The position numbers were made by a program, and so were the translations under genes. A DNA stretch of 64,000 nt from positions 13,979 to 77,978 of the forward strand of contig JAQXOE010000006.1 in the NCBI GenBank assembly GCA_029098505.1. The letters are read 5' to 3'. Source of the DNA: Bacteroidales bacterium (GTDB lineage: Bacteria; Bacteroidota; Bacteroidia; Bacteroidales; UBA932). The notes under the pieces are model-generated. The model did no database searches. It saw only the letters and a program-made list of their open reading frames with translations, and was not told the origin of the DNA. Of the stretch, positions 35,902 to 46,862 are shown piece after piece (position 1 is the stretch's first letter; every line of letters begins with the position of its first letter).

Positions 35902-36900
35902 TTACTCAGCCTTTCCGTTTGAGCCGAGAACATCAATCTTGTGCATATAAAGCTTCTTCATCTCGTCACGGGCAGGTCCGAGGTACTTGCGTGGGTCGAA
36001 CTCACCTGGCTTGTCGTGGAATACGCGGCGGATAGCTGCAGTCATAGCGAGACGTGAGTCTGAGTCAATGTTAATCTTGCAAACAGCGCTCTTTGAAGCC
36101 TCTGTAAGCTGCTCCTCAGGGATACCTACTGCATCAGGAAGTTTTCCGCCGAGTGAGTTGATCTCGTCAACATACTCCTGAGGAACTGATGATGATCCGT
36201 GGAGAACGATAGGGAATCCAGGGAGCTGCTCCTCGATAGCGTGAAGAACGTCGAATGCAAGTGGTGGAGGTACGAGCTTTCCGGTCTTAGGGTCACGGGT
36301 GCACTGGTCAGGAGTGAACTTGTAAGCACCGTGTGAAGTACCGATAGAGATAGCGAGAGAGTCGCAACCTGTGCGGGTAGCGAAATCAACTACCTCCTCA
36401 GGCTTTGTGTAGTGTGAAACCTCTGAAGCGACCTCATCCTCAACACCTGCGAGTACGCCAAGCTCAGCCTCAACTGTTACGTCGAACTGATGAGCATAAT
36501 CAACAACCTGCTTGGTAAGAGCGATATTCTCCTCATATGGAAGAGAAGAAGCATCAATCATTACTGATGAGAATCCCATATCAACGCAGCTCTTGCAGAG
36601 CTCGAATGAGTTACCATGGTCGAGATGGAGGCAAATCTGAGGTTTCTCCCAACCAAGCTCCTTAGCATATTCTACAGCGCCCTCTGCCATATAACGGAGA
36701 AGGGTCTGGTTAGCATACTTGCGGGCACCGCTTGAAACCTGGAGGATAACAGGAGATCTCTTCTCAGCTGCAGCCATAATGATAGCCTGGAGCTGCTCCA
36801 TGTTATTGAAATTGAAAGCAGGGATAGCATATCCGCCTGCTACTGCCTTTGCGAACATCTCACGAGTATTCACGAGGCCAAGTTCTTTGTAAGATACCAT
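35902..36900 (-). CDS. fba: class II fructose-1,6-bisphosphate aldolase
   Basis: PAFNFNNMEQLQAI, LHLDHG, SVMIDAS and GTSHGAYKF identify a class II aldolase. Confidence 0.93.
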   Translation of the reverse strand: MVSYKELGLVNTREMFAKAVAGGYAIPAFNFNNMEQLQAIIMAAAEKRSPVILQVSSGARKYANQTLLRYMAEGAVEYAKELGWEKPQICLHLDHGNSFELCKSCVDMGFSSVMIDASSLPYEENIALTKQVVDYAHQFDVTVEAELGVLAGVEDEVASEVSHYTKPEEVVDFATRTGCDSLAISIGTSHGAYKFTPDQCTRDPKTGKLVPPPLAFDVLHAIEEQLPGFPIVLHGSSSVPQEYVDEINSLGGKLPDAVGIPEEQLTEASKSAVCKINIDSDSRLAMTAAIRRVFHDKPGEFDPRKYLGPARDEMKKLYMHKIDVLGSNGKAE

Positions 36901-36949
36901 AGTTTTTGAATTATTTCTTTTGTTTGAGTAATAATCAATTTAAATCACG

Positions 36950-36957
36950 CAAAATTA
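36950..36957 (-). promoter_or_regulatory. -7 box (TAATTTTG) for fba
   Basis: The plus-strand sequence caaaatta lies 49 nt upstream of the ATG at 36900. Confidence 0.45.
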
Positions 36958-36959
36958 AC

Positions 36960-36967
36960 TATTTTTG
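36960..36967 (+). promoter_or_regulatory. -7 box (TATTTTTG) for gmk-nadD
   Basis: The TAnnTTTG match lies 12 nt upstream of the ATG at 36980. It sits back to back with the fba box. Confidence 0.45.
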
Positions 36968-36979
36968 CATTAAATCACA

Positions 36980-37555
36980 ATGAATATGGGAGACAAAGTA
37001 CTAATTTTCTCTGCACCGTCAGGGTCCGGCAAAAGCACTATCGTCAATCACCTGCTCTCACTGCATCCGGAAGTGGAGTTCTCAGTATCAGCAACATCGC
37101 GTCCGGTGAGAGGAGATGAAAAGAACGGAGTTGCCTATTGGTTCCTCAGCGAAGAGGAATTTAGAAAAAAAATTGCCGAAGATGCTTTCGTCGAATACGA
37201 AGAGGTATATCCCGGACGCTTCTATGGAACGCTGAAGTCAGAAGTGGAGAGAATATGGTCCAAGGGTCACGTTATTATCTTCGACGTCGATGTCAAAGGA
37301 GGTGTAAACCTGAAGAAATACTTCGGTGACAAGGCCCTCTCCGTATTCATTCAGGCCCCAAGTGTTGAAGTTCTGAGAGACAGACTGATAAAACGCGGCA
37401 CAGACTCGATGGAAGACATTCAGAAGAGGGTGGACAAAGCCAGCGAGGAGATGGGCTACGCCGACAAATTCGACCATATTCTTGTCAATGATGTCTTGGA
37501 GACAGCCTTCGCCGAAGCTGAACGCATCGTCGATGAATTCCTTTGCCGGCAGTAA
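36980..37555 (+). CDS. gmk: guanylate kinase
   Basis: FSAPSGSGKSTIVNHLL is the P-loop, followed by SATSRPVRGDEKNGVAYWF. Confidence 0.92.
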   Translation: MNMGDKVLIFSAPSGSGKSTIVNHLLSLHPEVEFSVSATSRPVRGDEKNGVAYWFLSEEEFRKKIAEDAFVEYEEVYPGRFYGTLKSEVERIWSKGHVIIFDVDVKGGVNLKKYFGDKALSVFIQAPSVEVLRDRLIKRGTDSMEDIQKRVDKASEEMGYADKFDHILVNDVLETAFAEAERIVDEFLCRQ

Positions 37556-37570
37556 GACCTTGTGTGCAAT

Positions 37571-38137
37571 ATGAAGATAGCTGTTTACTCAGGATCATTC
37601 AATCCTCTCCATATCGGCCATCTGGCCATTCTGGATTATCTCTCGAAAGACAAACGCTTCGATTGGGTGTACCTCGTAGTTTCCCCCCAAAACCCATTCA
37701 AGGACGCTTCAAATAACCAGTCCGCGCTTGAAAGATATGATGCAGCAGTAGATGCAGTGACCAAACACCCCGAGCTGCAGGTTTGGGTGGATGACATTGA
37801 ATTGGATATGGAAGCGCCCCACTATACCATCAGGACCCTGGATGCTTTGAAGGAACTTGAGCCGGAAAACAGCTATACATTGATAGTTGGGGCGGACAAT
37901 CTGGAATCTTTCCCAAGATGGAAGGACTACGAAAGGATACTATGCGAATATGGCATTGCCGTATATCCAAGGAAGGACTTCGATATGGAGACATTGAAAC
38001 AGAGGCTGATAGACAGCAGCGATAAAGGCCGGGATTTCAAAATCACGCTCCTTGATGCCCCTGAAGTAAATATTTCTTCCAGCGAAATTCGGGAAGGCCT
38101 GGCCGCGGGACGCGATATGTCCGCGTATCTGATGTAA
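37571..38137 (+). CDS. nadD: nicotinate-nucleotide adenylyltransferase
   Basis: MKIAVYSGSFNPLHIGHL matches the (H/T)xGH motif and ISSSEIRE is also present. I set the start at ATG 37571. Confidence 0.9.
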   Translation: MKIAVYSGSFNPLHIGHLAILDYLSKDKRFDWVYLVVSPQNPFKDASNNQSALERYDAAVDAVTKHPELQVWVDDIELDMEAPHYTIRTLDALKELEPENSYTLIVGADNLESFPRWKDYERILCEYGIAVYPRKDFDMETLKQRLIDSSDKGRDFKITLLDAPEVNISSSEIREGLAAGRDMSAYLM

Positions 38138-38186
38138 ATCAGGATTGCCTGCACCTCCCTCATATGGAAGAGAGGAAAGGCGGAAT

Positions 38187-38233
38187 AAAAAAAGGATGAC
38201 CCTTGGTCTTAAGACTTTTGGATCATCCTTTTT
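38187..38233. terminator. bidirectional rho-independent terminator between nadD and dnaK
   Basis: A7 is followed by the stem GGATGA..CC / GG..TCATCC (38194-38228) and then T5. Confidence 0.75.
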
Positions 38234-38286
38234 CTCGTACGGCTTTTCAACTTGGAAGCATCGAGCCGTGACTATCAAGAGCCTGA

Positions 38287-40173
38287 TTACTGCTCATCAG
38301 GTGCATCAGGGTTGTTGTCCGGACCCTGTGGGCCATATTGTGGACCCTGAGGACCCGCCTGCGGGCCACCCTGCTGTCCAGCCATATTCTGGTACAGCTC
38401 ACCCATAAGCTTGTTCAGTTCCTCGGTATATCTGTCAATGTCAGCGATATTCTGGTTCTTCACAGCCTCCTTGAGAGCATTGACAGGTGTCTCAATAGCG
38501 CTCTTCTTATCAGCAGGGACCTTGTCTCCATTCTCCTTGAGGAACTTCTCAACCTGGAAGACGAGTGCGTCAGCATTGTTGATTTTCTCTATGCGCTCCT
38601 TTGCTGCCTGGTCAGCTGCCTCATTGGCCTTAGCCTCATCACGCATTCTCTGAATTTCAGCATCACTGAGACCAGAAGATGCCTCGATACGTATATTCTG
38701 AGCCTTGCCGGTAGCCTTGTCAATTGCCGAAACATTGAGGATACCATTGGCATCGATATCGAAGGTCACTTCAATCTGAGGAACTCCGCGCGGTGCAGGT
38801 GAAATACCGTCGAGATTGAACTCGCCGATGAGCTTGTTGTCCTTGGCCATTGGGCGCTCTCCCTGGAGGACGCGTACCTGAACTGAAGGCTGATTGTCAG
38901 CTGCAGTAGAGAATACCTGGCTCTTCTTGGCAGGGATGGTGGTATTGGACTCGATGAGTTTGGTCATTACGCCGCCGAGGGTCTCGATACCGAGAGAAAG
39001 CGGGGTGACATCAAGAAGGAGGACATCCTTCACATCACCTGCGAGCACACCGCCCTGGATTGAAGCACCGATTGCAACCACCTCGTCAGGGTTGACGCTC
39101 TTGTTAGGCTCCTTTCCGAAGAAGCTTCTGACGATGTCCTGTACCTTAGGGATACGTGTTGAACCACCGACGAGAAGGACTTCGTCAATCTGTGATGCAT
39201 TGAGATGAGCGTCGCTGAGGGCTCTGCGGCAAGGCTCGAGGCATCTCTGGAAGAGGTTGTCAGCGAGCATCTCGAACTTGGCTCTGGTAAGGGTCTTTAC
39301 AAGGTGCTTTGGAATACCGTCAACTGGCATAATGTAAGGAAGGTTGATCTCTGCAGAGCTCTGGTTTGAGAGCTCGATCTTAGCCTTCTCAGCAGCCTCC
39401 TTGAGTCTCTGGAGTGCCATAGGGTCCTGCTTGAGGTTGATTCCGTGATTTTCAGCTGCAAACTCTGATGCGAGCCAGTCGATGATCACCTGGTCGAAGT
39501 CGTCACCACCGAGGTGGGTGTCTCCATTGGTTGACATAACCTCGAACACACCGTCGCCGAGCTCGAGGATGGAGATATCGAAGGTACCGCCACCGAGGTC
39601 GAACACTGCGACCTTGCAATTATTCTGCTTCTTGTCAAGGCCGTAAGCAAGAGCGGCAGCTGTAGGCTCGTTGATGATACGCTTCACATCAAGACCTGCG
39701 ATGCGACCGGCCTCCTTGGTAGCCTGACGCTGAGAATCAGAGAAGTATGCTGGAACTGTGATGACAGCCTCGGTAACCTCCTGACGAAGATAATCCTCTG
39801 CGGTCTTCTTCATCTTCTGGAGTATGATGGCTGAAATCTCCTGAGGAGTGTAAAGTCTGCCGTTGATGTCCACACGTGGAGTATTGTTATCACCCTTTAC
39901 CACTTTGTAAGGAACTCTTTCGATTTCCTTTGTCACCTGGTCATAGGTTTCGCCCATAAATCTCTTGATAGAGTAGATGGTGTTGCCAGGGTTTGTGATA
40001 GCCTGACGCTTTGCAGGGTTTCCGACCTTTCTCTCACCGCCGTCAGTGAATGCTACGACAGAAGGAGTGGTGCGCTCGCCCTCATTGTTGATAATAACTG
40101 TAGGCTGGTTGCCTTCCATTACTGATACACAAGAATTTGTAGTACCAAGGTCAATTCCGATAATCTTTCCCAT
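38287..40173 (-). CDS. dnaK: molecular chaperone DnaK (Hsp70)
   Basis: [33 protein letters not shown] and [14 protein letters not shown] identify DnaK. Confidence 0.98.
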   Translation of the reverse strand: MGKIIGIDLGTTNSCVSVMEGNQPTVIINNEGERTTPSVVAFTDGGERKVGNPAKRQAITNPGNTIYSIKRFMGETYDQVTKEIERVPYKVVKGDNNTPRVDINGRLYTPQEISAIILQKMKKTAEDYLRQEVTEAVITVPAYFSDSQRQATKEAGRIAGLDVKRIINEPTAAALAYGLDKKQNNCKVAVFDLGGGTFDISILELGDGVFEVMSTNGDTHLGGDDFDQVIIDWLASEFAAENHGINLKQDPMALQRLKEAAEKAKIELSNQSSAEINLPYIMPVDGIPKHLVKTLTRAKFEMLADNLFQRCLEPCRRALSDAHLNASQIDEVLLVGGSTRIPKVQDIVRSFFGKEPNKSVNPDEVVAIGASIQGGVLAGDVKDVLLLDVTPLSLGIETLGGVMTKLIESNTTIPAKKSQVFSTAADNQPSVQVRVLQGERPMAKDNKLIGEFNLDGISPAPRGVPQIEVTFDIDANGILNVSAIDKATGKAQNIRIEASSGLSDAEIQRMRDEAKANEAADQAAKERIEKINNADALVFQVEKFLKENGDKVPADKKSAIETPVNALKEAVKNQNIADIDRYTEELNKLMGELYQNMAGQQGGPQAGPQGPQYGPQGPDNNPDAPDEQ

Positions 40174-40347
40174 AATATATTGCTTTTTATTTTGTCATTT
40201 CTCCCGGCTACAGCGGCCGGTCGACAGGCAGTATATCCAATGTCGTGCCAGCCTTCCCTTTCTGCCATTTTGTCACATCCGCATATGCCGCCATTATTTC
40301 GAACAATAGATTTGATGCGTCAAAGTCGCAATTCAGGAAAGAATGCG

Positions 40348-40355
40348 TATTTTTG
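40348..40355 (+). promoter_or_regulatory. -7 box (TATTTTTG) for the pseudouridine synthase gene
   Basis: The TAnnTTTG match lies only 4 nt before the ATG at 40360, implying a leaderless or near-leaderless mRNA. Confidence 0.35.
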
Positions 40356-40359
40356 CCTT

Positions 40360-41091
40360 ATGGAATACAGAGAACTTTCACCATCGGAATTCGAAGCCCT
40401 TCAGGAACGCATCCTGTATGAGGACAACCACCTGCTAATCGTAAACAAACTTGTCGGAGAGATTACTCAAGGCGACAGGACAGGGGATGAATGCATAGCT
40501 GACACGTACAAGGCCTTCATCGCCCAAAGGGACTCAAAACCCGGCAAGGTATTCCTAGGCATACCGCACAGGCTCGACAGGCCGGTCAGCGGCATTGTCA
40601 TATTAGCCAAAACATCAAAGGCCCTTGAAAGGCTTACGGCAATGTTCAGGGACGGCCAGATTCACAAGAAGTATTGGGCTCTCTCTTATTCCGCGCCCGC
40701 ATCGGAGGAGGGGCATCTGGAAGATTGGTTGATCCGCAATGAAAAGCAGAACAAAAGCTATGTCGTTGCCCCGGGCAATGAGGAAAAACCGGCGAGATTC
40801 AGGGATGCGAAACTCGCCAGGCTGAATTACCGCCTTTTGGGAAAGACTGACAGATATTTCCTTCTGGAAGTCGAACTTCTGACCGGCCGGCACCATCAGA
40901 TACGCTGCCAGCTTTCCAATATGGGCTGCATAATCAAAGGCGACCTGAAATACGGGGCAGCTCGCTCCAATCCGGACGGAGGCATCTGCCTCCATTCCCA
41001 CGAAGTATATTTCGTACATCCTGTCCAGAAACTGCCGATCAGGGTCATTGCCCCTGTACCGTCGAGCTGGAAGGGTGTTAACGAGGCTTAG
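40360..41091 (+). CDS. RluA-family pseudouridine synthase
   Basis: LLIVNKLVGE, GIPHRLDRPVSGIVILAKT (catalytic Asp motif) and TGRHHQIRCQL identify the family. I set the start at MEYREL downstream of the -7 box. Confidence 0.82.
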   Translation: MEYRELSPSEFEALQERILYEDNHLLIVNKLVGEITQGDRTGDECIADTYKAFIAQRDSKPGKVFLGIPHRLDRPVSGIVILAKTSKALERLTAMFRDGQIHKKYWALSYSAPASEEGHLEDWLIRNEKQNKSYVVAPGNEEKPARFRDAKLARLNYRLLGKTDRYFLLEVELLTGRHHQIRCQLSNMGCIIKGDLKYGAARSNPDGGICLHSHEVYFVHPVQKLPIRVIAPVPSSWKGVNEA

Positions 41092-42059
41092 AGCTTCTCG
41101 GCCTGAATGCTCCTGAGATATTCGCTCGGAGTGGTGTTCATATGGAGCTTGAATGCCATATCAAAGGACACCATTGAGCTGAAGCCTGACATCAGGGCAA
41201 GTTCGCCGACTTTTATCTTGGGGTTCTTGTGCATAGTATGCACGGCATATCTTACACGGTATGAATTGACAAACTGACAAAAGTTCTTTCCTGCCATCGC
41301 ATTGATGGTCTTCGAGACGTATGACTTGTTGGTATAGACCGCCTCGGCCATATCCGACATCTGGAAATCATATTCCAAATAAGGCTGTTTGTTTTCCATA
41401 TACTCCTGAATCCGCTCGTAAATCACATCCATACGTGTCGCAGGCTCATCAGCTTCGCACTCCTCCTTACTACGGACAGTTTCTTTCGCAGTAAAAAGCT
41501 TTTCCGGCTTGTTTTCCTGCAATGATGGCATTCGAAAGGCTTTCAGTGGCCTCAGGGAAGGTCTCTTCAGTCTTTTCACCGGCGCACGTGTCGGAACGGC
41601 AGTCTTTCCCTCATTCTCATCGCCTGAGGCTGCCGCAAGTCTGTCTTCCCTTGTGGCGACGAAGACCTGATCCAGGAAGCTGACAGCCATAAGGAAGAGC
41701 AGCAAAGGCACTATGGCATCATCCAGGGCCAGATAATCAAGCCAGGACAGAAAGAAAACAACGAGGCTCGCCAGATAAGCAGCAATGCTCAGGTATGACA
41801 ATTCCCCACCGTACCCGGTACTATCCTTCGGCTTTTTCCTCATCCCGAAAAGGGAAAGCATCAGGGAGGCCTCCAACTCACGTAATCCCGGCCAGGTTCC
41901 AGCTATCAGGGCAGACACCAGAATCAGAATCAGGGGAAGGAAGGTTGAGGGTAGTAACATCAGACACCTCAGTTTATATCTACAGCCGCTTGTGAGGCCG
42001 AACAGTACGGTGATAAAAATCGATAATAAAATAAACAGTGTACAAATAGTTAATATCAT
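41088..42059 (-). CDS. membrane-anchored AraC-family transcriptional regulator
   Basis: About four N-terminal TM helices precede a C-terminal AraC HTH (MSDMAEAVYTNKSYVSKTINAMAGKNFCQFVNSYRVRYAV ... LALMSGFSSMVSFDMAFKLHMNTTPSEYL). The start is uncertain (42059 or 42101). The terminator at 42104-42137 argues for 42059. Confidence 0.7.
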   Translation of the reverse strand: MILTICTLFILLSIFITVLFGLTSGCRYKLRCLMLLPSTFLPLILILVSALIAGTWPGLRELEASLMLSLFGMRKKPKDSTGYGGELSYLSIAAYLASLVVFFLSWLDYLALDDAIVPLLLFLMAVSFLDQVFVATREDRLAAASGDENEGKTAVPTRAPVKRLKRPSLRPLKAFRMPSLQENKPEKLFTAKETVRSKEECEADEPATRMDVIYERIQEYMENKQPYLEYDFQMSDMAEAVYTNKSYVSKTINAMAGKNFCQFVNSYRVRYAVHTMHKNPKIKVGELALMSGFSSMVSFDMAFKLHMNTTPSEYLRSIQAEKL

Positions 42060-42103
42060 AGTTCTCCCTATGTAAAAAATGTTCAGGTCGACAAATATCA
42101 CAT

Positions 42104-42137
42104 AAAAAACCCCTCTCAGACAAATGCCGAGAGGGGG
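42104..42137 (-). terminator. rho-independent terminator after the yitT-like pair / leuS operon
   Basis: On the minus strand the stem CCCCTCTC / GAGAGGGG (42110-42117 / 42130-42137) is followed by T6. Confidence 0.8.
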
Positions 42138-42180
42138 TAGGAGGCAGTAATTTATCTTTTTTATAACAATGATATCTTTT

Positions 42181-43155
42181 TTATAAACTCTGATCAGTCC
42201 TTTCTGCCAATTCCTTTTTATCAGCAGACTTGGATTTTATGGAATCGAAGCCCTTGCCATATACGCCAGAAACCGATCCGACAGAAACGAATGCATCAGG
42301 ATCTATGGTCTTGATTAGCCTGAGCATAAGGTTCAAATCGGATTTCAAGGTCAATACCATCAGGACTCTGACCTGATTCTTTGTATACCAGCCTTCGCCG
42401 GTAAGAACGGTCACTCCCCTATGCACTTCATTTGCAATCATATCGGCGATTTCATCCGACTTCTGGGATATGATGAAGACCTGGACGGACTGCTTGGCTC
42501 CGGAGATATACAGATCCAATACTGTCGAACATACAACAGTAAGCATAAGACCGTACACTACGTTGGTGATTTTGGTGACAAACGGTACCAAATTACCTGC
42601 TGGAGTATATGAAGGAATCAGCAAAGAAGACAGAATGATGAAAAGGTCAATGGTCAATATCATCCTGCCCGGTGACACTCCCCTGTACTTGTTCACAATC
42701 AGGGCAATTATGTCCGTTCCACCCGTGCTGCCACCCTGGGACATACACATCCCGATGCCGGCTCCGGCCATAATACCGCCCATAATGGTGGACATCAGTT
42801 TGCCATTATCAATGGCAAGGGCCTGAGGAATAGTATCCGGAATGATGGTCTGGAAAACGTTGAGTCCTATGGAGACCACGACTATGGCATAAACGGTCTT
42901 GGTTCCGAAACTCTTTCCCAAGGTAAACAGAGCCGCAATGAGCAGGGCGATATTCACTACGAAATAGGTATATCCGACCTTGATTACTCCTCCGGTAGCA
43001 TACTGGATTATGGAACCGAAACCGGTTACTCCTCCACCGATGAGGTTGCTCGGAATAAGAAAAATCGTCCAACCCAGCACATATATCAGAAGCCCAAGAG
43101 TAATGATGGAATATTCCTTCAGGACCTTGAACACAGCTTTAATCTCTCTTTTCAT
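42181..43155 (-). CDS. YitT-family membrane protein (DUF2179 C-terminal domain), copy B
   Basis: The polytopic N-terminus contains GGSTGGTDIIALIVNKY. The C-terminal soluble domain contains VTVLTGEGWYTKNQVRVLMVL. Confidence 0.7.
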   Translation of the reverse strand: MKREIKAVFKVLKEYSIITLGLLIYVLGWTIFLIPSNLIGGGVTGFGSIIQYATGGVIKVGYTYFVVNIALLIAALFTLGKSFGTKTVYAIVVVSIGLNVFQTIIPDTIPQALAIDNGKLMSTIMGGIMAGAGIGMCMSQGGSTGGTDIIALIVNKYRGVSPGRMILTIDLFIILSSLLIPSYTPAGNLVPFVTKITNVVYGLMLTVVCSTVLDLYISGAKQSVQVFIISQKSDEIADMIANEVHRGVTVLTGEGWYTKNQVRVLMVLTLKSDLNLMLRLIKTIDPDAFVSVGSVSGVYGKGFDSIKSKSADKKELAERTDQSL

Positions 43156-44080
43156 CTCCGGATGTCAATTGTTTCTTTGAACTTTTTTTATAGCCTACTT
43201 TTATCTCCTCAAAGCCCTCGCCATATACGCTGCTGGTAGCAGTCACCGACACGAATGCGTCCTTGTCAATCGACTTGATCACCTTCTTCAAATCGTGCAT
43301 CTGATTCCTGCCTACTATGATGAGAAGGACATTCTTATCCTGCTTGGTATACCAGCCTTGTGCGCGAAGCACGGTAACCCCCCTGTCCATCTCATTAATG
43401 ATATGGTCGGCAATCTGCTCATACTTGCTGGAGAAAACCAGAAGCTGAAGCGAAGAGCGTCGTCCCACCATCACGAAATCCATCATTGATACGGATGCAA
43501 TCATCATCAGATAACCGTAGATTGTATCCGACAGGGTCTTGTCAGGAAGGAACAGAATGCCGGTAATGATGACAATATCCATAATGAGGAAGGCCTTCGC
43601 CGTAGAAATAGGCCAGTACTTGTTGAAAAACAGCGCAATGATATCCGTTCCACCGGTACTGCCTCCCACAAGGAATATGATGCCAAGTCCCGTTCCCTCA
43701 AGTACACCCGACAAGATAGGAATAAGAATCTTCTCAGGAATGTACATAAAATGGTCAGGAAGGCAGAACATCACCTCCATCGTGCCGAAGAGCCTGAACA
43801 GCAGGGTGCTGACCAGTATGCAGTAGATGGTCCTGACGCCGAAGGCGTTGCCAATGAAAATGAAGCCCAGCAAAAGCAGGAAGATGTTTGAGACCAGATA
43901 GGAGGTCGAAACATCGATCAATCCGTCAGTGGCATACTGAAGTATGGTGCAAAGACCGGTGAGTCCTCCACTGGACATTCCGTTAGGAATCATGAAGAAT
44001 TCCCAGGCGATGCAATACAATGCCACGCCCAGGGTCATGAGCAAGTAATCTGAAACGATGGAAAGGACTTTGGATTTCAT
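43139..44080 (-). CDS. YitT-family membrane protein (DUF2179 C-terminal domain), copy A
   Basis: It has the same architecture as copy B (GGSTGGTDIIALFFNKY; VTVLRAQGWYTKQDKNVLLIIV). It is a tandem paralogue and overlaps copy B by 17 nt. Confidence 0.7.
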   Translation of the reverse strand: MKSKVLSIVSDYLLMTLGVALYCIAWEFFMIPNGMSSGGLTGLCTILQYATDGLIDVSTSYLVSNIFLLLLGFIFIGNAFGVRTIYCILVSTLLFRLFGTMEVMFCLPDHFMYIPEKILIPILSGVLEGTGLGIIFLVGGSTGGTDIIALFFNKYWPISTAKAFLIMDIVIITGILFLPDKTLSDTIYGYLMMIASVSMMDFVMVGRRSSLQLLVFSSKYEQIADHIINEMDRGVTVLRAQGWYTKQDKNVLLIIVGRNQMHDLKKVIKSIDKDAFVSVTATSSVYGEGFEEIKVGYKKSSKKQLTSGDEKRD

Positions 44081-44086
44081 AGGTAA

Positions 44087-46852
44087 TTATTTGACTACGA
44101 CATTGACGATCTTTCCAGGAACGACAATCATCTTGACGATGTTCTGGTCGCCGACATATTTGCCAGTCTGCTCCAGAGCACGTACGTGTGCTTCGACATC
44201 TTCCTTGGACATACTCTTCGGAAGCTCAACCGTGAATCTTGTCTTTCCGTTGAATGAAACGGCATAAGTGCAATTGTTCTCGACAGTATATGCTTCGATA
44301 TACTCCGGGAAACGGGCGTCAGTCACACTGCCCTCGTTTCCTAGCAGGTGCCAGAGCTCTTCGGCAATATGAGGAGCAAAAGGCGAGAGCATCACAACCA
44401 TAGGCTCGAGTATCTCCTTCTTGCTGCACTTCAAAGCCGTGAGTTCATTTACGGCAATCATAAATGCGCTGATGGTAGTATTGTATGAGAATACCTCAAT
44501 GTCAGCACGCTCCTTGCCAATGAGCTTGTGAAGAACCTTGAGTTCCTCTGCGCTGGCCTTCTCATCTGTGACAAGCCAGTTGTCACGGTCAAAGAAGAGC
44601 TTCCAGAACTTCTTGAGGAAGCGGTTCACACCGTCAATTCCCTTGGTATCCCAAGGCTTCGACTGCTCGATAGGACCGAGGAACATTTCGTAAAGTCTCA
44701 GTGTATCAGCGCCATAGGTATCACAAATAAGATCCGGATTAACCACATTGTACATAGACTTGCTCATCTTTTCGACAGCCCAGCCACAGATGTACTCGCC
44801 ATTCTCCAGAACGAACTCGGCATCGTTGAACTCAGGTCTCCAAGCCTTGAAAGCCTCAAGGTCAAGCCTGTCGTTGTGAACTATATTCACATCTACGTGT
44901 ATCTCTGTGGTTTCATATTCGTCCTTGAGTCCGAGGGATACGAATCTGTTGGTACCGACTATTCTGTAGACGAAGTTGGAGCGTCCCTGAATCATACCCT
45001 GGTTGATGAGTTTCTTGAAAGGCTCGTCCTCACAAACATAACCGAGGTCGAAAAGGAACTTGTTCCAGAATCTCGAATAGATAAGATGGCCAGTAGCGTG
45101 CTCTGTTCCACCTATATAAAGGTCAACGTTTCTCCAGTACTCATCAGCATCCTTTGAGACCAGGCATTCTGGGTTATGAGGATCCATATACCTGAGATAA
45201 TATGCACTTGAGCCTGCAAAACCCGGCATAGTGCTCTTCTCGAGAGGATAGCCGTTGTAAGTCCAGTTCTTGGCGCGAGCAAGTGGCGGCTCACCGTTAG
45301 CTGCAGGTTTAAAGGACTCGATTTCAGGAAGTTCGAGAGGAAGTTCAGACTCAGGAAGAGGGGTGGCAATACCGTCCTTATAGTATATTGGGAAAGGCTC
45401 GCCCCAATATCTCTGGCGAGAGAAAATGGCATCGCGGAGACGGAAATTCGTCTTGCGCTTTCCAAGGCCCTTCTCCTCGACATAATCCTTGGCAGCCTCT
45501 ATGGCATCCTTCACCTCCATTCCGTTCAAGAAGCCGGAATTGCACATTTTGCCGGATTTGGCATCGAAACTCTGCTCGCTCACGTCGCAGCCCTCAATGA
45601 TAGGCACGATAGGCAGGCCGAACTTTTTGGCAAAAGCATAGTCGCGGCTGTCGTGTGCAGGCACCGCCATTATGGCTCCTGTTCCGTAGCCGGCAAGCAC
45701 GTACTCTGAAATCCAAACAGGGATTTTCTCACCGGTAAGAGGATTAATACCATAAGAGCCTGAGAATACACCAGTTACGCTCTTAGTCTCGGCTATTCTC
45801 TCCCTCTCTGTCTTTTTCTTTACCTGCTTAATATATTCTTCCACTTCAGCCTTGCACTCCTCTGAAGTGAGTTCGGCAACAAGTTCGCTCTCAGGAGCGA
45901 GTACCATAAAGGTAACTCCGAAAATGGTATCGACGCGTGTGGTAAAAATCGTCACAGGGAGGGTCTTGTCTCCGTTCACAACATTGAAAACGACTTCCGT
46001 TCCTTCCGATTTTCCAATCCAGTTTCTCTGCATCTCCTTGAGGGAATCAGTCCACTCAAGTTTGTCGAGGCTTTCAAGAAGACGCTCTGCATAGGCTGAG
46101 ACTCTCAACTGCCACTGGGTCATCTTCTTCTGTTCAACAGGGAAACCGCCACGTACAGAAAGACCGTCCTTCACCTCGTCATTTGCGAGGACCGTACCCA
46201 GTCCCTCACACCAGTTCACTGATGTTTCTCCTTGATATGCAATACGATAGCGCATCAGCACAGCTGATTTCTCCTTCTCGCTGAAAGCCGCCCACTGCTC
46301 TGCGTCAAAGTCATCGCCAGGAGTGCAGACAGCATTTACGGCAGAACTGCCGGACTTCTCGAAGATGGCTATGAGTTCTTCGATTGGACGAGCCTTGCAA
46401 AGCTCATTGTCATACCAGCTTCCGAACATTTTCAGGAAAGCCCACTGTGTCCAATGATAGTACTTGGGGTCGCAGGTGCGCACTTCCCTATTCCAATCAT
46501 AGGAGAAACCTATCCTGTCGAGCTGCTGACGGTATCTGTTGATATTGTCAGTCGTGGTCTTCTCAGGATGCTGGCCGGTCTGGATAGCGTATTGCTCCGC
46601 AGGAAGACCGAAGGCATCATATCCCATCGGATGCAGCACGTTGAAACCGAGAAGCCTCTTGTATCTTGAAAAAATGTCACTTGCAATATATCCGAGCGGA
46701 TGCCCTACGTGAAGACCTGCTCCCGAAGGATAAGGGAACATATCGAGTACGTAGAACTTTGGTCTGCTTGGGTCTTCCTTTGCCTGGTAGGTATGTTCCT
46801 CAGCCCACCTGGCCTGCCATTTCTGTTCGATTGATTTAAAATCGTATTCCAT
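44087..46852 (-). CDS. leuS: leucine--tRNA ligase
   Basis: [16 protein letters not shown] is the HIGH motif and KMSKSMYN is the KMSKS motif. The protein is 921 aa. Confidence 0.97.
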   Translation of the reverse strand: MEYDFKSIEQKWQARWAEEHTYQAKEDPSRPKFYVLDMFPYPSGAGLHVGHPLGYIASDIFSRYKRLLGFNVLHPMGYDAFGLPAEQYAIQTGQHPEKTTTDNINRYRQQLDRIGFSYDWNREVRTCDPKYYHWTQWAFLKMFGSWYDNELCKARPIEELIAIFEKSGSSAVNAVCTPGDDFDAEQWAAFSEKEKSAVLMRYRIAYQGETSVNWCEGLGTVLANDEVKDGLSVRGGFPVEQKKMTQWQLRVSAYAERLLESLDKLEWTDSLKEMQRNWIGKSEGTEVVFNVVNGDKTLPVTIFTTRVDTIFGVTFMVLAPESELVAELTSEECKAEVEEYIKQVKKKTERERIAETKSVTGVFSGSYGINPLTGEKIPVWISEYVLAGYGTGAIMAVPAHDSRDYAFAKKFGLPIVPIIEGCDVSEQSFDAKSGKMCNSGFLNGMEVKDAIEAAKDYVEEKGLGKRKTNFRLRDAIFSRQRYWGEPFPIYYKDGIATPLPESELPLELPEIESFKPAANGEPPLARAKNWTYNGYPLEKSTMPGFAGSSAYYLRYMDPHNPECLVSKDADEYWRNVDLYIGGTEHATGHLIYSRFWNKFLFDLGYVCEDEPFKKLINQGMIQGRSNFVYRIVGTNRFVSLGLKDEYETTEIHVDVNIVHNDRLDLEAFKAWRPEFNDAEFVLENGEYICGWAVEKMSKSMYNVVNPDLICDTYGADTLRLYEMFLGPIEQSKPWDTKGIDGVNRFLKKFWKLFFDRDNWLVTDEKASAEELKVLHKLIGKERADIEVFSYNTTISAFMIAVNELTALKCSKKEILEPMVVMLSPFAPHIAEELWHLLGNEGSVTDARFPEYIEAYTVENNCTYAVSFNGKTRFTVELPKSMSKEDVEAHVRALEQTGKYVGDQNIVKMIVVPGKIVNVVVK

Positions 46853-46862
46853 TGTATATCAA

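Noticed and set aside
40174-40359. I looked for a CIRCE operator (TTAGCACTC-N9-GAGTGCTAA) or another recognisable heat-shock element upstream of dnaK, and likewise upstream of htpG at 15485-15691.
   Set aside because: No match to CIRCE is seen in either region. I could not even place a confident -7 box for these two genes, so I make no regulatory call.
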